From Octopus vulgaris (taxonomy: Eukaryota): DNA of 64,000 bases. Location of the stretch: positions 184,884,001 through 184,948,000 of the forward strand of contig OX597815.1 of NCBI GenBank assembly GCA_951406725.2, in the 5' to 3' direction. Both the position numbers and the translations under genes were made by a program. This document shows, one piece after another, positions 27,911-41,854 of this stretch. The notes beneath the pieces are model-generated. The model was not told the DNA's origin. It worked only from the letters and a program-made list of their open reading frames with translations, and did no database searches. How positions within the stretch are numbered: position 1 is the stretch's first letter; every line of letters begins with the position of its first letter.

Positions 27911-28452
27911 TAATAATGATGGTTGTATTAGCTGATTGTGTTAGGTGCATGGTGCCTGCTACTTCAACGTAAATGAATTTAATTATAATCCTAATAAGGT
28001 ACGTGATCGATTAGGAAATGTAGAATGAAAATACAAAAATTATGAAAGACTAGAATAAATAAAATGGTAATATAACTGAAGTTATAAGAATGTTATAGAA
28101 ATGCTCTGAAATGGATGTTCTTTTCTGCTATTTATGATTGGGCCGCTAGGAATTCATCTTTATGTGGGTTGAAGAACAAAATAAAGATAATTGATAATTT
28201 TCCTCCCATCAGAACGGGAAAGGTACTTTTTATTCCCTCCTCCTCCTCCTCTTCCTCCTCCTCCTCCTCCTCCTCATCATCATCATCATCATCGTCATCA
28301 TCATCGTGATCGTCTTGATCATCATCATCATCCTCATCACCATCATGATCATCATCATCACCGTCATGATCATCATCATCATGATCATCATCCTCATAAC
28401 GACGACGACGACGACGACCACCACCACCACCACCACCACCACTGATACCATC

Positions 28453-28672
28453 TGTTTCTTTATTGCCCACAAGGGGCTAAATACAGAGGGGACAAACAAG
28501 GATAGACAAACGGATTAAGTCGATTACCTCGACCCCAGTGCGTAACTGGTACTTAATTTATCGACCCCGAAAGGATGAAAGGCAAAGTCGACCTCGGCGG
28601 AATTTGAACTCAGAACGCAACGACAGACGAAATACCGTTAAGCATTTCGCCCGGCGTGCTAACGTTTCTGCC
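28453..28672 (-). mobile_element. SINE family A within a duplicated compound trinucleotide repeat
   Basis: Consensus match. Confidence 0.88.
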
Positions 28673-29034
28673 ATCATCCTCATCACCATCATGATCATCA
28701 TCATCACCGTCATGATCATGATCATGATCATCATCATCACCGTCATGATCATGATCATCATGATCATCATCTTCATCACGACGACGACAACGACGACGAC
28801 GACAACGACGACAACGACGACCACCACCACCACCACCACCACCACCACTGATACCATCATCATCATAATCATCCTCATGCATCATATTATAAAGACGTCT
28901 TTGCAACTATTTCCGCTTCAGAAAGATGAAAGTGTGGCTGTGTCGTTCGGCATTTCGTTTTACAGTTACGTAGGTTTGGGGATGCAATTCACCGGGCTGT
29001 ACTTGTATCAAGAGTACCATGCCATAACTTGCTG

Positions 29035-29283
29035 TACTCTTTTACTTATTTCAGTCATTTGACTGCGGCTATGCTGGAACACCGCCTTTAGTCGAATAAA
29101 TCGACCCCAGGACTTATTCTTAGTAAGCCTATCGATCACTTTTGCCGAACCGCTAGGTTACAGGGACGTAAACACACAGGCATCGGTTGTCAAGCGATAG
29201 TGGCGGGAAACAAACACAGACACAGAAACATATACACACGCATACATACATACATACATACATACATACATACATACATACAT

Positions 29284-29352
<69 letters not shown>

Positions 29353-29730
29353 ATCTAAACATGAAAAGACAAAGAGAAAACACAACAACGCGAGGACGTA
29401 GAAGAAATATAGTATTATTGGACGCTCAGGAAAGAAGGAGGGTTTAATGTTTCGAGTGGAGCTCTTCGTCGGAAACATAGGAGAAGGAAAGATCCAGAGA
29501 AGGGAAGACAGAGGGAAAAAAAATCGCCCACGCTATACACGCGGTCACATTTTGAATATATATATACACATATATATACACATATATACGATGGGCTTCT
29601 TTCAGTTTCTGTCTACGAAATCCACTCACAAAGCTTTGGTCGGACCCTAGGCTATGGTAGAAGATGCCAAGCAGTGGGACTGAACCCGGAACCATGTGGT
29701 TCGTTAGCAGGCTACTTACCACACAGCCTA
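29035..29730 (-). mobile_element. SINE family B carrying a nested Penelope-like P1 fragment (29345-29555) in its internal microsatellite
   Basis: Both SINE halves flank the insert. Confidence 0.85.
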
Positions 29731-31244
29731 AAACAATACATATAAACAATAATGACATTTTCTTTTTGTGAATGCCATTTAAGCGAACCTGTATTTCTAT
29801 GATTGAACTTAGAAAAAAAACAAAAATAAAAAACGCCTGAACACTATAACGTGTTTCATTTTACGCTTCGATTAATTATGTTTAGAAGGTCTTGGCATTT
29901 TTTTAATGGTGAGAGAATATTAATTGGTTGATCGTTGCCCTAAGGTACTAATACTTTAATAACAGCATTGAGTTTTTAATATCCCTTTGTACATTGTAAT
30001 TCTTAGAGCTGGTTTATAAATTGTTTTCTGTATTCGGCAACTGAAATTTCGCGTGCATTCAAGTGGCAATGATTTCACAGAGATAAGAGCGAAGCATTCA
30101 TGCCGAAGTCATCACATCCAGATATTGATGCTCTTTTTTTATGACATGTATAATTTTAACTCTTTCTTACACTCGATTATATATTTTTTTTCATTTTTGC
30201 TCACTATATTAAATAAGGTAACTCGTAATTAAAAATATGTTTCCATGCGGAAAGCATTCTAAAAGTCATTATTTTAATATACTTAACCAGTGAATGTTTA
30301 TTTTTTTTTTCACATCCAGAACGGAGTTTTAGAGTCATTCCTTGTTGCAACTAGTAAGTCCTGGAAAGAATATATTTTACTGACTAGTCATATAAGATGG
30401 AAAAAAATTTCGAAGTTGTCACCACCGGGGTCGATGATATCGACTCATCCCGTTTCCCTAAGAATTTTCAAGGCCTTGTGCCGAGAGTAGAAATAATTAT
30501 TAATATTTCCCCTCTATAAAGGCGGTGCTCCAGTATGGCCGCAGTCAAATGACTGACACAAGTAAAAGAGTAAAAGAGAAATCAGCATTAAGGCGACGAG
30601 CTGGCAGGATCGTTAGAACGCCGGGGTCCTGAGTTCAAATTCCGCCGAGGTCGACTTTGCTCTTCATCCTTTCGGGGTCGGTAAATTAAATACCATTTAC
30701 GCACTGGGGTCGATATAATCGACTTAATCCGTTTGTCTGTCCTTGTTTGTCCCTTCCATGTTTAACCCCTTGTGGGTAATAAAGAAACAGACGAGCTGGC
30801 AGAAACTTTCGCACGCCGGGCGAAATGCGTAGCAATATTTCGTCTGCCATTACGTTCTGAGTTCAAATTCCGCCGAGGTCGACTTTGCCTTTCATCCTTT
30901 CGGAGTGGCTTTTCAGTTTTTTTAATCATTTACATTTGGCTGTTGTTTCCCTAGTCGTTCTTGAGTATAATAACAATGAACATTAATGATTTTTCCCCTT
31001 TAATTCCGTGTTTAATTTTAATTGGTTTCCCGTATTTTGTGCTCATTACTCTATGTTTGCCCCTCCACACAACTACCAATTATTTTCTACTCTAGGCACG
31101 GGGCCCGAAGGTTTTGGTACAAGGCGATTTGATCGACCCCAGTTCGCGACTGGTACTTCATTTATCGAACCCGAAAGGATGAAACGCAGTGTCGACCTCG
31201 GCTGAATTTGAACTCAGAACATAAAGACAGACGAAGCTTCATTT

Positions 31245-31560
31245 GAAATATTGTAGTGGTACTCCATCGGTTACGATGACGAGGGTTCCAGTTAATCCGA
31301 TCAACGGAACAGCCTGCTCGTGAAATTAACGTGCAAGTGGCTGAGTACTCCACAGACACGCATATCTTTACTCTAGTTCTTAAGGAAATTCAACATGACA
31401 GAGAATGGGACAAGGTTGGTCCCTTTGAATTACTGGTACTACTCATTTTTGCTAGGTGAGTGCACTGCAGTAACGTGAAATAAAGTGTCTTGCCCAAGGA
31501 CACAATGCGTCTTCAGGAATCGAACTCACAACTTTGCGATCTTAGCCACTGAGCCACGCG
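31245..31560 (-). mobile_element. tRNA-derived SINE sharing the family C 3' tail
   Basis: Tail matches 45560-45665; head has GAGTTCGATTCC. Confidence 0.75.
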
Positions 31561-31667
31561 ATTCATTGAGATATTAGTTTCAAATTTTGACACAAGGCCA
31601 GCAATTTGGGTATAAGGGCTAAGACTATTATACCGACCCCAGTACTCGATGGTATTTATTCTATCGA

Positions 31668-32636
31668 AAGGCGGCGAGCTGGTAGAATCATTAGCACTCC
31701 GGACGAAATGCTTAGCAAGTATTTCGTCTGCCGCTACGTTCTGAGTTCAAATTCCGCCGAGGTCGACTTTGCCTTTCATCCTTTCGGGGTCGATAAATTA
31801 AGTACCAGTTACGCACTGGGATCCATGCAATCGACTTAATCCGTTTGTCTGTTCTTGTTTGTCCTCTCTGTGCTTAGCCCCTTGTGGGTAGTAAAGAAAT
31901 AGGTATTTAGTCTGCCGTTACGTTCTGAATTCAAATTCCGCCGAGGTCGACTTTGCCTTTTATTCTTTTGGGGTCGATTAAATAAGTACCAATTACGCAC
32001 TGGGATCGATGCAATCGACTTAATCCGTTTGTCTGTCCTTGTTTGTCCTCTCTGTGCTTAGCCCCTTGTGGGTAGTAAAGAAATAGGTATTTCATCTTCC
32101 GTTACGTTCTGAGTTCAAATTCCGCCGAGGTCGACTTTGCCTTTTATCCTTTCGGGGTCGATAAATTAAGTACCAGTTACGCACTGAGATCGATGCAATC
32201 GACTTAATCCGTTTGTCTGTCCTTGTTTGTCCTCTTTGTGCTTAGCCCCTTGTGGGTAGTAAAGAAATAGGTATTTAGTCTGCCGTTACGTTCTGAATTC
32301 AAATTCCGCCGAGGTCGACTTTGCCTTTTATTCTTTTGGGGTCGATTAAATAAGTACCAATTACGCACTGGGGTCGATGCAATCGACTTAATCCGTTTGT
32401 CTGTCCTTGTTTGTCCTCTTTGTGCTTAGCCCCTTGTGGGTAGTAAAGAAATAAGTATTTCATCTTCCGTTACGTTGAGTTCAAATTCCGCCGCGGTCGA
32501 CTTTGCCTTTCATCCTTTCGGGGTCGATTAAATAAGTACCAGTTACGCACTGGGGTCGATAAAATCGACTTAATCCGTTTATCTGTCCTTGTTTGTCCTC
32601 TCTGTGTTTAGCCCATTGTGGGCAGTAAAGAAATAT
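31668..32636 (+). repeat. Tandem array of five ~184-bp SINE A bodies behind one head
   Basis: Units start near 31718, 31903, 32087, 32271 and 32455; TSD GTATTTATTCTATCGA flanks the whole array. Confidence 0.93.
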
Positions 32637-33442
32637 GTATTTATTCTATCGACCTCGAAATTATGAAAAGCAAAGTCGATTTCACTGGACGAAAGATGGA
32701 CGAAAGGCTACTGAACATTGCGCCCAGCGTTCTAACGATTCTTCCAACGCTCGACCTGACTTCACTGAACTTTCAAATGCAAATATATAAACCAACCAAC
32801 AAGTTAAATAAGTATCACTAGCAGTATTTCTTCTCATTATTGTTTAATGTCTACGTCAGCGTCTCCTTATTGACAAGAAGTATAAACGTGAATACGTCGC
32901 TCATGGTGTTTTAATGAGATAAAGGATTGTTTAAACACTTCATTCGTAAGCTTTATTAATACCACAGACAGATTTTATGAATTAGCTGTAGGATTTTGAT
33001 TACATATTCATGAAGTGAACTGTCGCCATGTGTTGTTCATAAAAATGTGTTTCAATAAAGATATGTTGAGTCTTTATGTACATCTGCGCTTTGAATAGAA
33101 GACGTGTTAATAAGATTATACTCGGCACTGCAGTAGCACCGCAGTAGAGGAATGTGAGATTTGCTCAACTGTGACCAAACTATGAATAGAATTTTTTTCC
33201 ATTGGTTCTATAGTAATGACACTTAGAAATATTTTCTGGCGTTAAAAACAAAATGCATTCGTATGCATATCACTGATTTAAGCAAGGAAAATATGTAGTC
33301 AATGAATACTTAAAGAGCATCAACGGTACCTCTGTAATAGTGAACACCGTGTAATGCTCACCACACCCAATTATTACTTAATCCGAATGAATCAACATAG
33401 CTCCGATGCACTTCAATAATAATGTTATACATAATATGTAGG

Positions 33443-33860
33443 TGCAGGAGTGGCCGTGTGGTAAGAGGCTTGCTTCCCAATCACATGGTTCCGAGTTCAG
33501 TCCCACTATGTGGTACCTTGGGCATGTGTCTTCAATTATAGCCTCGGGCCGACCAAAGACTTGTGAGTGGATTTTGTAGACAGAAACTAAAAAGAAGCCT
33601 GTCATATATATGTATGTATATATATATATATATGTGTGTGTGTCTGTGTGTGTGTGAGTGTGTGTGTGCGTGTGTGTATGTTTGTGTGTCTGTGTTTTTC
33701 CCCTCAACATTGCTTGACAACCGATGCTGGTGTGTAAACGTCCCCGTAACCAAGCGGTTTGGCAAAAGAGACCGAAGTCCTGGGGTGGATTTCTTCGATT
33801 AAAAAGACGGTGCTCCAGCTTGGCCACAGTCAAATGACTGAAACAAGTAAAAGAGTAAAA
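33443..33860 (+). mobile_element. SINE family B, full length
   Basis: Consensus match. Confidence 0.88.
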
Positions 33861-33982
33861 AGTAAACAGGGGTTTTTTTTGCAATAATTTTGCGGCCAAT
33901 GTAAAAGCATATTACTCTGCCTTTGGTACTCGAGTACTATTTTTCCACCTTGCTTCGCTCATACCTTCTCACCATATATATG

Positions 33983-34243
33983 TGGAGGCGCCGTGATCTA
34001 GTGGTTAAGCTTTTGCACTTAAGATCGCTACATCGTGGGTTCCAAACCGGCTGGCGTATCGTGTTCTTGAGCAAAACACTTCACTTCGCATTGCTCCTGT
34101 CCTCGTTTTGATTGGAGTCGTGTGATGGGTGGTGGTGTCTAATGTTGGCCTGCTCGACTACCCAGCGGGGTGGCCTCATTTGAAGGTTAAAACGATGTAA
34201 AGCGCATTGTGACTAGCGATAGTCTGGTCGGTTACGTGATACC
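33983..34243 (+). mobile_element. Degenerate tRNA-derived SINE
   Basis: TAGTGGTTA and GGTTC boxes followed by GTGTTCTTGAGCAAAACACTT. Confidence 0.55.
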
Positions 34244-34309
34244 TTTATGTGTGTGGGTGTGTGTGTTTGTGCATGTGTGCATGTGTGTGTATATTTATGA
34301 ACATATTTC

Positions 34310-34610
34310 TATGTATGTATGTATGTATGTATGTATGTATGTATGTATGTATGTATGTATGTGTGTATGTGCGCATGTATGTGTGTATGTATGTATATAT
34401 GTATGTATGTATGTATGTATGTGTGTATGTGTGTATGTGTGCATGTATGTGTGTATGTATGTATGTATGTATGTATGTATGTATGTATGTGTGCATGTAT
34501 GTATGTATGTATGTATGTATGTATTATGTATGCATGTGTATGTGTGCATGTATGTGTGTATGAATGTATGTATGTGTGCATGCATGTATGTATGTATGTA
34601 TGTATGTATA
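34310..34610. repeat. (TATG)n degenerate microsatellite
   Basis: Direct inspection. Confidence 0.95.
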
Positions 34611-35664
34611 TCGTTGGGCGATAATAATCATTAGACAGGAACGCGATTAACGGTGTCTTGTAAAGGAAGTCTTAGATGTTTATGATACACCGAATTGGAT
34701 CCTCACTTTCTCGTCACTTTCGCTGTTACTAATAGAATAAATTGACTCCTTGGAAATGTGTACTTCTCACAAGTTGTGATACTGATAACTGTAAGTAAAT
34801 ATAAGATGTCTTATCGTAAAAGGATTAAACGTATGACGTTATATTAGATCATGTAAAAGTGCATATTAAGCAGGAATTCGTAAAAATGCTCTAATCTATA
34901 TTGTGTATTAGAGAAAAGAGAAAACAAAAAGATGTATTAGTCTTATATTCACTCAAAAACGTATACAGTAAACAGCAAAACTGTATAGATATTGTTATAT
35001 CGTTATATACGTATATATCCAAGATGGTAGCCAACCAGCAACATCTTCTGTTAATAATAGGGGGTCAAACAAGATCATCTTAATGTGCTGTAAAATATAA
35101 GGCCTCTTATGACAAAGAAGAGAATTTATACTCATAAACAAAAGCTGAAGTTATTCTGTATTGTAAAATTTGAAATGAAAAGATGCCAAAAAAATATGAC
35201 ATGAAAAAAGTATTATTAAGAAAATCTCGACGTCTTTATTATACTTGTAGAAGAAACATGACAGCTTTATATGATTTGATAAATATAATGTTGGATATTT
35301 CATCACAATGAACAGTAACTTGTGAAGGAAGTCTTTGTGAAGATTGCTTGGAATTCATCTAACTGTCAATTTCTTAAGAATGATTTTTCATTATAAACGT
35401 TGGTCAATTCTATTCTAAGAAATGTTACGGTTCATTAACCCTTTTCTAAAAATACAAGATTGAAAAGATATCTTCCAGAAATCTGTCACATTATATTATT
35501 GCTAACTTTATGTAGAAAACTCACTACGACGTTGATTATAAATTCGATATTAGGGCGAAATTTGAGAATTTCTTTTAATGGAGTGATTAAGCAATCTTAA
35601 GTTCAGTGGTAAAGCATTGTAGGATTCTAGGTAAAGTGTATACCAACATCATAGATATGCTCAA

Positions 35665-36270
35665 AGTGGCGAGCTGGCAGAAACGTTAGCACGCCAGGCG
35701 AAATGATTAGCAGTATTTCGTCTGCCGTTACGTTCTGAGTTCAAATGCCGCCGAGGTCGACTTTGCCTTTCATCCTTTCGGGGTCGATAAATTAAGTACC
35801 AGTTATGCACTGGGATCGATATGATCGACTTAATCCGTTTGTCTGTCCTTGTTTGTCCTCTCTGTGTTTAGCCCCTTGTGGGTAGTAAAGAAATAGGTAT
35901 TTCGTCAGCCGTTACATTCTGAGTTCAAATTCAACCGAGGTCGACTTCGCCTTCTATCTTTTCTGAGTACCAGCCACGTACGGAGGTCGATGTAATCGAC
36001 TTAATCCCCTCCTCCAAGCTGCCTGTGTGACAAAAATTTGAAATCAATATTACAAAGAGGCGAGCCGGCAGAATCGTTAGCACGCCAGGAAAAATGATTA
36101 GCGGCATTTCGTCTGTCTTTAAGTGTTGAGTTCAAATTCCACAGATGTCGCCTTTGTATTTTATCCTTTCGTGGCCGATAAAATACGTACCAATTAATCA
36201 CTTGAGATCGATGTAATCGAGTTACGCTTTATCTCGAATTTTCTGGTCTTGTGCCGATATTTGAAATTTG
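35665..36270 (+). mobile_element. SINE A young/old chimeric dimer plus an older copy
   Basis: Junction AAAGAAATAG|GTATTTCGTC at ~35896. Confidence 0.85.
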
Positions 36271-38173
36271 ACTTTTTATAAGTCAAAGGAATTTCTGACA
36301 TGAAATCCGAAGCTGTTTGTCTGTGTAAAGTATTTCCTATATCGGCATGATTTCCTTTCATGATCGAAATTTAACGTTTCATCCTAACTACAAAACCTAA
36401 TAGCAATCTTAAAGCATTCGGTTTGTGCAGGATAAAGCATTCTCTATCACTTCAGCCCTCTCTTTTCAAAGCCATATGAACTGCATCGACCAGATATATC
36501 ACAGGCGCATTCTAGAGATTTCTATAACTTTTACTGATTGCTCCATAACGGGTTAGAATAGAATAGCAAAATCTCTATTACAATCATGCGATCTTACATA
36601 GATAGGGACATAAAAAGACAGACAATTACAAAGAATGTTATATGAGTTCGAATGAGATTTAAAAATTTAGTTGTAATATGACGTAAACGAAAACTTGGCT
36701 TACTTTTGCCTTTAAACGAGTCATTGGTTTACTTTTGCCTTTACAGCGAGAACTTCTGTGTTTTTCTTTTAATAAAAATAGAAAACATGACATATCCTAA
36801 AACGAAAAGGGGAAAAATGCAGGTTCCAAATTTTGAACCCGGCCGCCTATAAGGCCCAGCAACTAATTTTTGCTTTCTTCGATGATTAAGCTGGATTACT
36901 CACACCCACCTTTCTCATTACTTCCTTCCATCGTTTCACATACTCTTTCTGTGGCAGGTTCCTCTTCTCCAACCCATTCTTGCTCTTCAGAATAGAATAG
37001 CGTCAACTGTGCTTTACAAAGTTCACGAAGCGTTGAGGTTGCCAAGGGGAATAAAAATAACATTGCATTTCCGTTAGAATCCTTGATTCAGTGAAGGACT
37101 CACTTCAAATATTAAAGTCTCTTCTGCACTACAAAGTAATTGATTCCCCTTAATGATCTTTCGCTATTCATTATTTGGTGATATAGCCATCACTAATCTC
37201 TTTACACTTTCTTAGTATTTAACATGTCTGCACAATTGTTTCATTCGACAATTGGCTGTTTGCGTAGTCAATTAGCTATCCACCTAACGTTCAATTTAGA
37301 AGTAGCCGTAGTTTTGTATACGTTTGAGGAAAGAAAACCTAGTGTGCGCTATTTACTACTTCAGCATGAACCTTCTGGTTGGTAGAGCGCCACAACTATT
37401 TAAACAGCTCAGAAATACATATACTCTTTCAATGGAGAGGAAATGTTCACTGAGTTGACGATATCGACAACAGGAATCTATGAAAATCATGCGCGTTTTC
37501 AATAATAAATGTATTGATCAAAGGGATACCGTACACTGTCGGATGCTATTTGAAAAACAGTAAGACAGATATTAAAACGGGTTTCTTAATGCGCTATAAT
37601 GTCAACCTTTGTCTATTGCTATAGACTTTTCGTCGTCATCATGTACCGATAGGTCTTATTGTGTGTGTATGCCAATGAGTATATATGTGTGTGCGTTTTG
37701 TGTGTTTTTGTGTGCGTGTGTGTGTTTGTGTGTGTGTGTGTGTGCCTTTGTGTGTGCGTTTGTGCGTATTTGTATGTTTGAAATTGAAAAAGAATGAAAA
37801 AAATGAGGGTGAGAAAAGTAGAGATGATGAAAGTGTAGTCTTACCAACACAAGAGGAAGAAACTTGCATGTCAGAAAAGGAGAGGAAAAGGTGGGGGGGG
37901 GGGGAACACCCGGGGAGCAGAGAGAAAGAGGGAGAGAGAAGGAGAGAAGTAAAGACGCAGAGTAAAGATGGCAATTTAAGGATTACTGTTCGAACGTCTA
38001 CTTTTAATGCTTACTTTCGCATTCCCGTCAAAATTCCATCACTGATTCTATCGTACAACAACCCTGATTTGCTTTCTATTGTCTGAGAAGGTATATATAT
38101 ATATATATACATAAATACATACATATATTTTCGTGTCATTTGTTTTGCGTCTAAATTATATCAATGTATATAT

Positions 38174-38238
<65 letters not shown>

Positions 38239-38244
38239 CATATA

Positions 38245-38291
<47 letters not shown>

Positions 38292-38406
38292 ATATACATA
38301 TATATATGTGTATACATACATATATATATGTATATACATATATATATATACATACATACGTATATATATGTATACATACATATATACATACATACATATA
38401 TATACA

Positions 38407-38456
<50 letters not shown>

Positions 38457-38459
<3 letters not shown>

Positions 38460-39167
38460 ATAAGAGTAAATAATTTCTATAAAGGCTTTTAAAAAAACCC
38501 CAATTATTTACTGGTAGAATTCGGTATGTAAATATAGCCGATTACCGGCAGGAACTTCTGTAAAGTTCAGTATATATATTGTATATAAGAAAAGGGACAG
38601 GCAAACAGGTTGCTTGACCGCATACCGAAAAAATAGAAATAGCAGTCAAGAATGCTTATTTCTATCAAAGTTGGACTCCGGGCACGACAAACCCTGTAAT
38701 TCACATATGCAAAACAGAAGGAATAGATAACGAAAACGAAGTCTGGTGGTTATCTGTGAACATCATGTTTCTGGATTATAAACATATTGAATATATATTT
38801 CATATATATTTTTGATATATATTTCATATACATTGCATATATATTTCACATCCTTCTTCAGCACAGCTTTCCATTGAAAAAGATTTATCATAGATTTATC
38901 AAATGCTACGTACCTCAAACCTTCCGACCATGCGACATCAAAATATTTGAAGAAAGTGAGCAAAAGCTAAACCTTACATAGACGTTTGAATTCGTAAATC
39001 TTCCCTCCAAAATTTTGCCATGCGCACTACAAAAATAGTTCCATGTGGTTAGGAACTATTGGGTTGTCATAATGGAGTGAAAAATCCAAATAGTAATATA
39101 ATAATAAGAGTAAATAATTTCTATAAAGGCTTTTAAAAAAACCCCATGAAATATATATATTCAATAT

Positions 39168-39175
<8 letters not shown>
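38457..39175 (-). mobile_element. Penelope-like/retrozyme-like element (P2) between (TA)n tracts
   Basis: 45-bp direct repeat (38457-38501 = 39101-39145), a short inverted piece at 39146-39174, and a hammerhead-like motif. Confidence 0.6.
38754..38866 (-). ncRNA. Hammerhead-like motif with long stem II loop
   Basis: ctgtg CTGAAGA a ggat[~70 nt]atcc a GAAAC atgat GTT cacag. Confidence 0.5.
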
Positions 39176-39222
<47 letters not shown>

Positions 39223-39662
39223 AAAACTCTTCTTAATAATTAGTGTACCATTGTTTGTTAATGAACTGGAGAGCAAGAAAGAAGTTATACTGAGAAGAAT
39301 GAATTGTTGTCTTACCAGTACAATTAACGAATTTGATGAATTTGAATAAGAGCGCTTTTTAGTTCCCCAAAAAGTTTTTAAACCTCATTTCGGGTTATAT
39401 ACACAAAGATGGACCTATATTGCATGCTTCAATGCTCTAAAAACTTTTCCTTCTCAATACGGTTTGCTGAAATGGAGATGCATCTAATATGGCGGCGCCT
39501 CTTTTTTTGGCATCCAAATGCCTCTTCTAACTTAAATACAATACAGAATAATAAAATTTGGCATTGTGTGCAATATACGTCGCTTTCAGAGCAGCAATAG
39601 CATTATCATGTATGTATGTATGTATGTATGTATGTATGTATGTATGTATGTATGTATGTATG

Positions 39663-39694
<32 letters not shown>

Positions 39695-39746
39695 CGTGTA
39701 TATATATATATAAACATACACCTTTGCACACAATATATATATATGT

Positions 39747-39799
<53 letters not shown>

Positions 39800-39833
39800 A
39801 ATATACACACACACACGCATATACATATATAAA

Positions 39834-40896
39834 TAGGTGTTAGAAAAAGTAATGGAAAAACCTTAAAATTTCAAGCAAATTTATTTTAATATGAGGTAGG
39901 CCCGCCTTTGGCAGTATTTACAGCTTGAATTGAACGAGGTATGAACTCGTAAAATATTTGAAGTGTTTCCAAAGGAATTTTTGTCCATTCTTCAACTAAA
40001 ACAGTCTCTAGTTCTTGTAGCGATCATGGTGGAGGATATCGACTCTTTACTTGTTTTTCGAAAATGCACCATAAATGTTTAATAATATTGAGATCTGGGA
40101 ACTGTGGTGGCCAGATAAGATGTTCAACTTTACTAGAATGTTCCTCGTGCCATTCAGTAACAACCTTAGCTGTTTGAATTGGAGCATTATCATCCTGAAA
40201 GATTGCGTTGTACTCCGGAAACAGTTCCGCAACCGTAGGATGAATTGAATTAGATAAAATGCTTAAATAATCTTGATAATTAATTCTGCCACGAAGGGAA
40301 ACCATTGGCCCGGCGGATTTCCAAGGTATAGCCCCCCTACTGAGATCATCACAGATTCTCCACCATGTTTAGCAGTTGGAAGAAGGCAGTCTGGGTCAAA
40401 TGCTTCTTTTGGCTGTCTCCCCACGTATACTCGGCCGGTGGTCGGAAATAAGGTAAAGGATAACTCGTCCGAGAAAATAGCATTATTCCACTGCTCAAGG
40501 GACCAATTCTGTAGGTTTTTACTCCATTGTAAACGCTTTGCAACGTTTGTTTTTAAAAGTAGTGGTTTTCTCTTTGCAGCTCTCCCGTGAAATCCAGCTT
40601 TGTGCAACTCCCGGCGAACAGTTTTTGTGGAAACTGGGTTCTCAAGGTGGTCATTAAGCTCTGCAGTAAATTTTGGGAGCTGTACTTTTATGATCCCTTT
40701 CTAACAATCCACACAAGAGTCCGACGGTCCCTATCTGAAAGTTTTGGTATTCTTACGGAATTTTGTTTCGACCAGGAAGTTTTTCCTTCTTTCTCAAAGG
40801 CTGTCATTACTTTGGATACAGTACTTCTTGATACACCAAACATTTCCGCTGTTTTCGTTACGCTAGCGACTGCCATACGAGCACCAACAATTCAAC

Positions 40897-40900
<4 letters not shown>
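39834..40900 (-). mobile_element. Tc1-family DNA transposon, degenerate transposase
   Basis: HTH region, KRKPLL, IFSDE, KHGGESVM, FQDDNAP, WPPQFPDLNII; multiple frameshifts. Confidence 0.92.
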
Positions 40901-40959
<59 letters not shown>

Positions 40960-41157
40960 AGAGAGAGAGGGGAGAGGGAGAAAGAGAGGTGCCTGAGCTG
41001 TGAGTAAGAAAGTAAGAAGTTTGTTTCCAAACCACATGGTTCCGTGTTCAGCCCCATTACGTGGCATCTAGGGCAGGCGTATCCAACTATAGTCTAAGGC
41101 AGAGTAATTGCTTATGCGTGGATTTGGTTGACGGAATATGCGTTTATATATATATGT

Positions 41158-41228
<71 letters not shown>

Positions 41229-41274
41229 ATATATATACATAAATCCGAAAGAAGGTGTACGGCAATATATATGG

Positions 41275-41450
41275 AAAATAGGGAAGGCAGGTTTATGAGA
41301 TTATCTTAGGTTTCACGTCATATCCCAAAACCTGTTGGCCCAAACTTCTGGCCAACAACCCTTGGGGGCTGACGATACGCTATAAAGCTAAACCCTTTAT
41401 GGATAGGAAAACCCTAAGTTAATCCTATAAAGCGGCCTTCCCCATTTTTA
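41275..41450. mobile_element. MITE-like element with ~40-bp imperfect TIRs in TA repeats
   Basis: AAAATAGGGAAGGCAGGTTTATGAGATTATCTTAGG versus the reverse complement of the right end. Confidence 0.55.
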
Positions 41451-41453
41451 ATT

Positions 41454-41495
<42 letters not shown>

Positions 41496-41727
41496 CACAC
41501 AATAAGAAAATGGAGAAATACATCCAAATCAAATATCAATTACCAGATAGTACTCGATCACATACTTTATTATACCATTACATAAGAAACTATAAGATTA
41601 AACATAATAATGCAGGGTAAAGCAGAGTACATGAAGGAGTGTACATAAAATAGTAATGTTATACAATAAGTAGAGTACGTATAATAGAACATAAATATAA
41701 GTACACATAAATATAAATATAGACTAT

Positions 41728-41854
41728 ATCGTACAGCTGTTTCGGCCATGTAGATAAGCATGTCTCATTCAACTCATATTAGCTATTTATGGTAGGTCAA
41801 TATGTAGTCATAAATGAGACATTTACAAAAACATCCTAAGGCCTCTTCGGAGAT
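41728..41854 (-). ncRNA. Degenerate hammerhead-like motif (P3) with long structured stem II
   Basis: atct CCGAAGA ggcc[~90 nt]ggcc GAAAC agct GTA cgat. Confidence 0.55.

Noticed and set aside
31718-32636. Regular array resembling CRISPR or a retrozyme
   Set aside because: No unique spacers and no hammerhead core on either strand; the units are SINE bodies.
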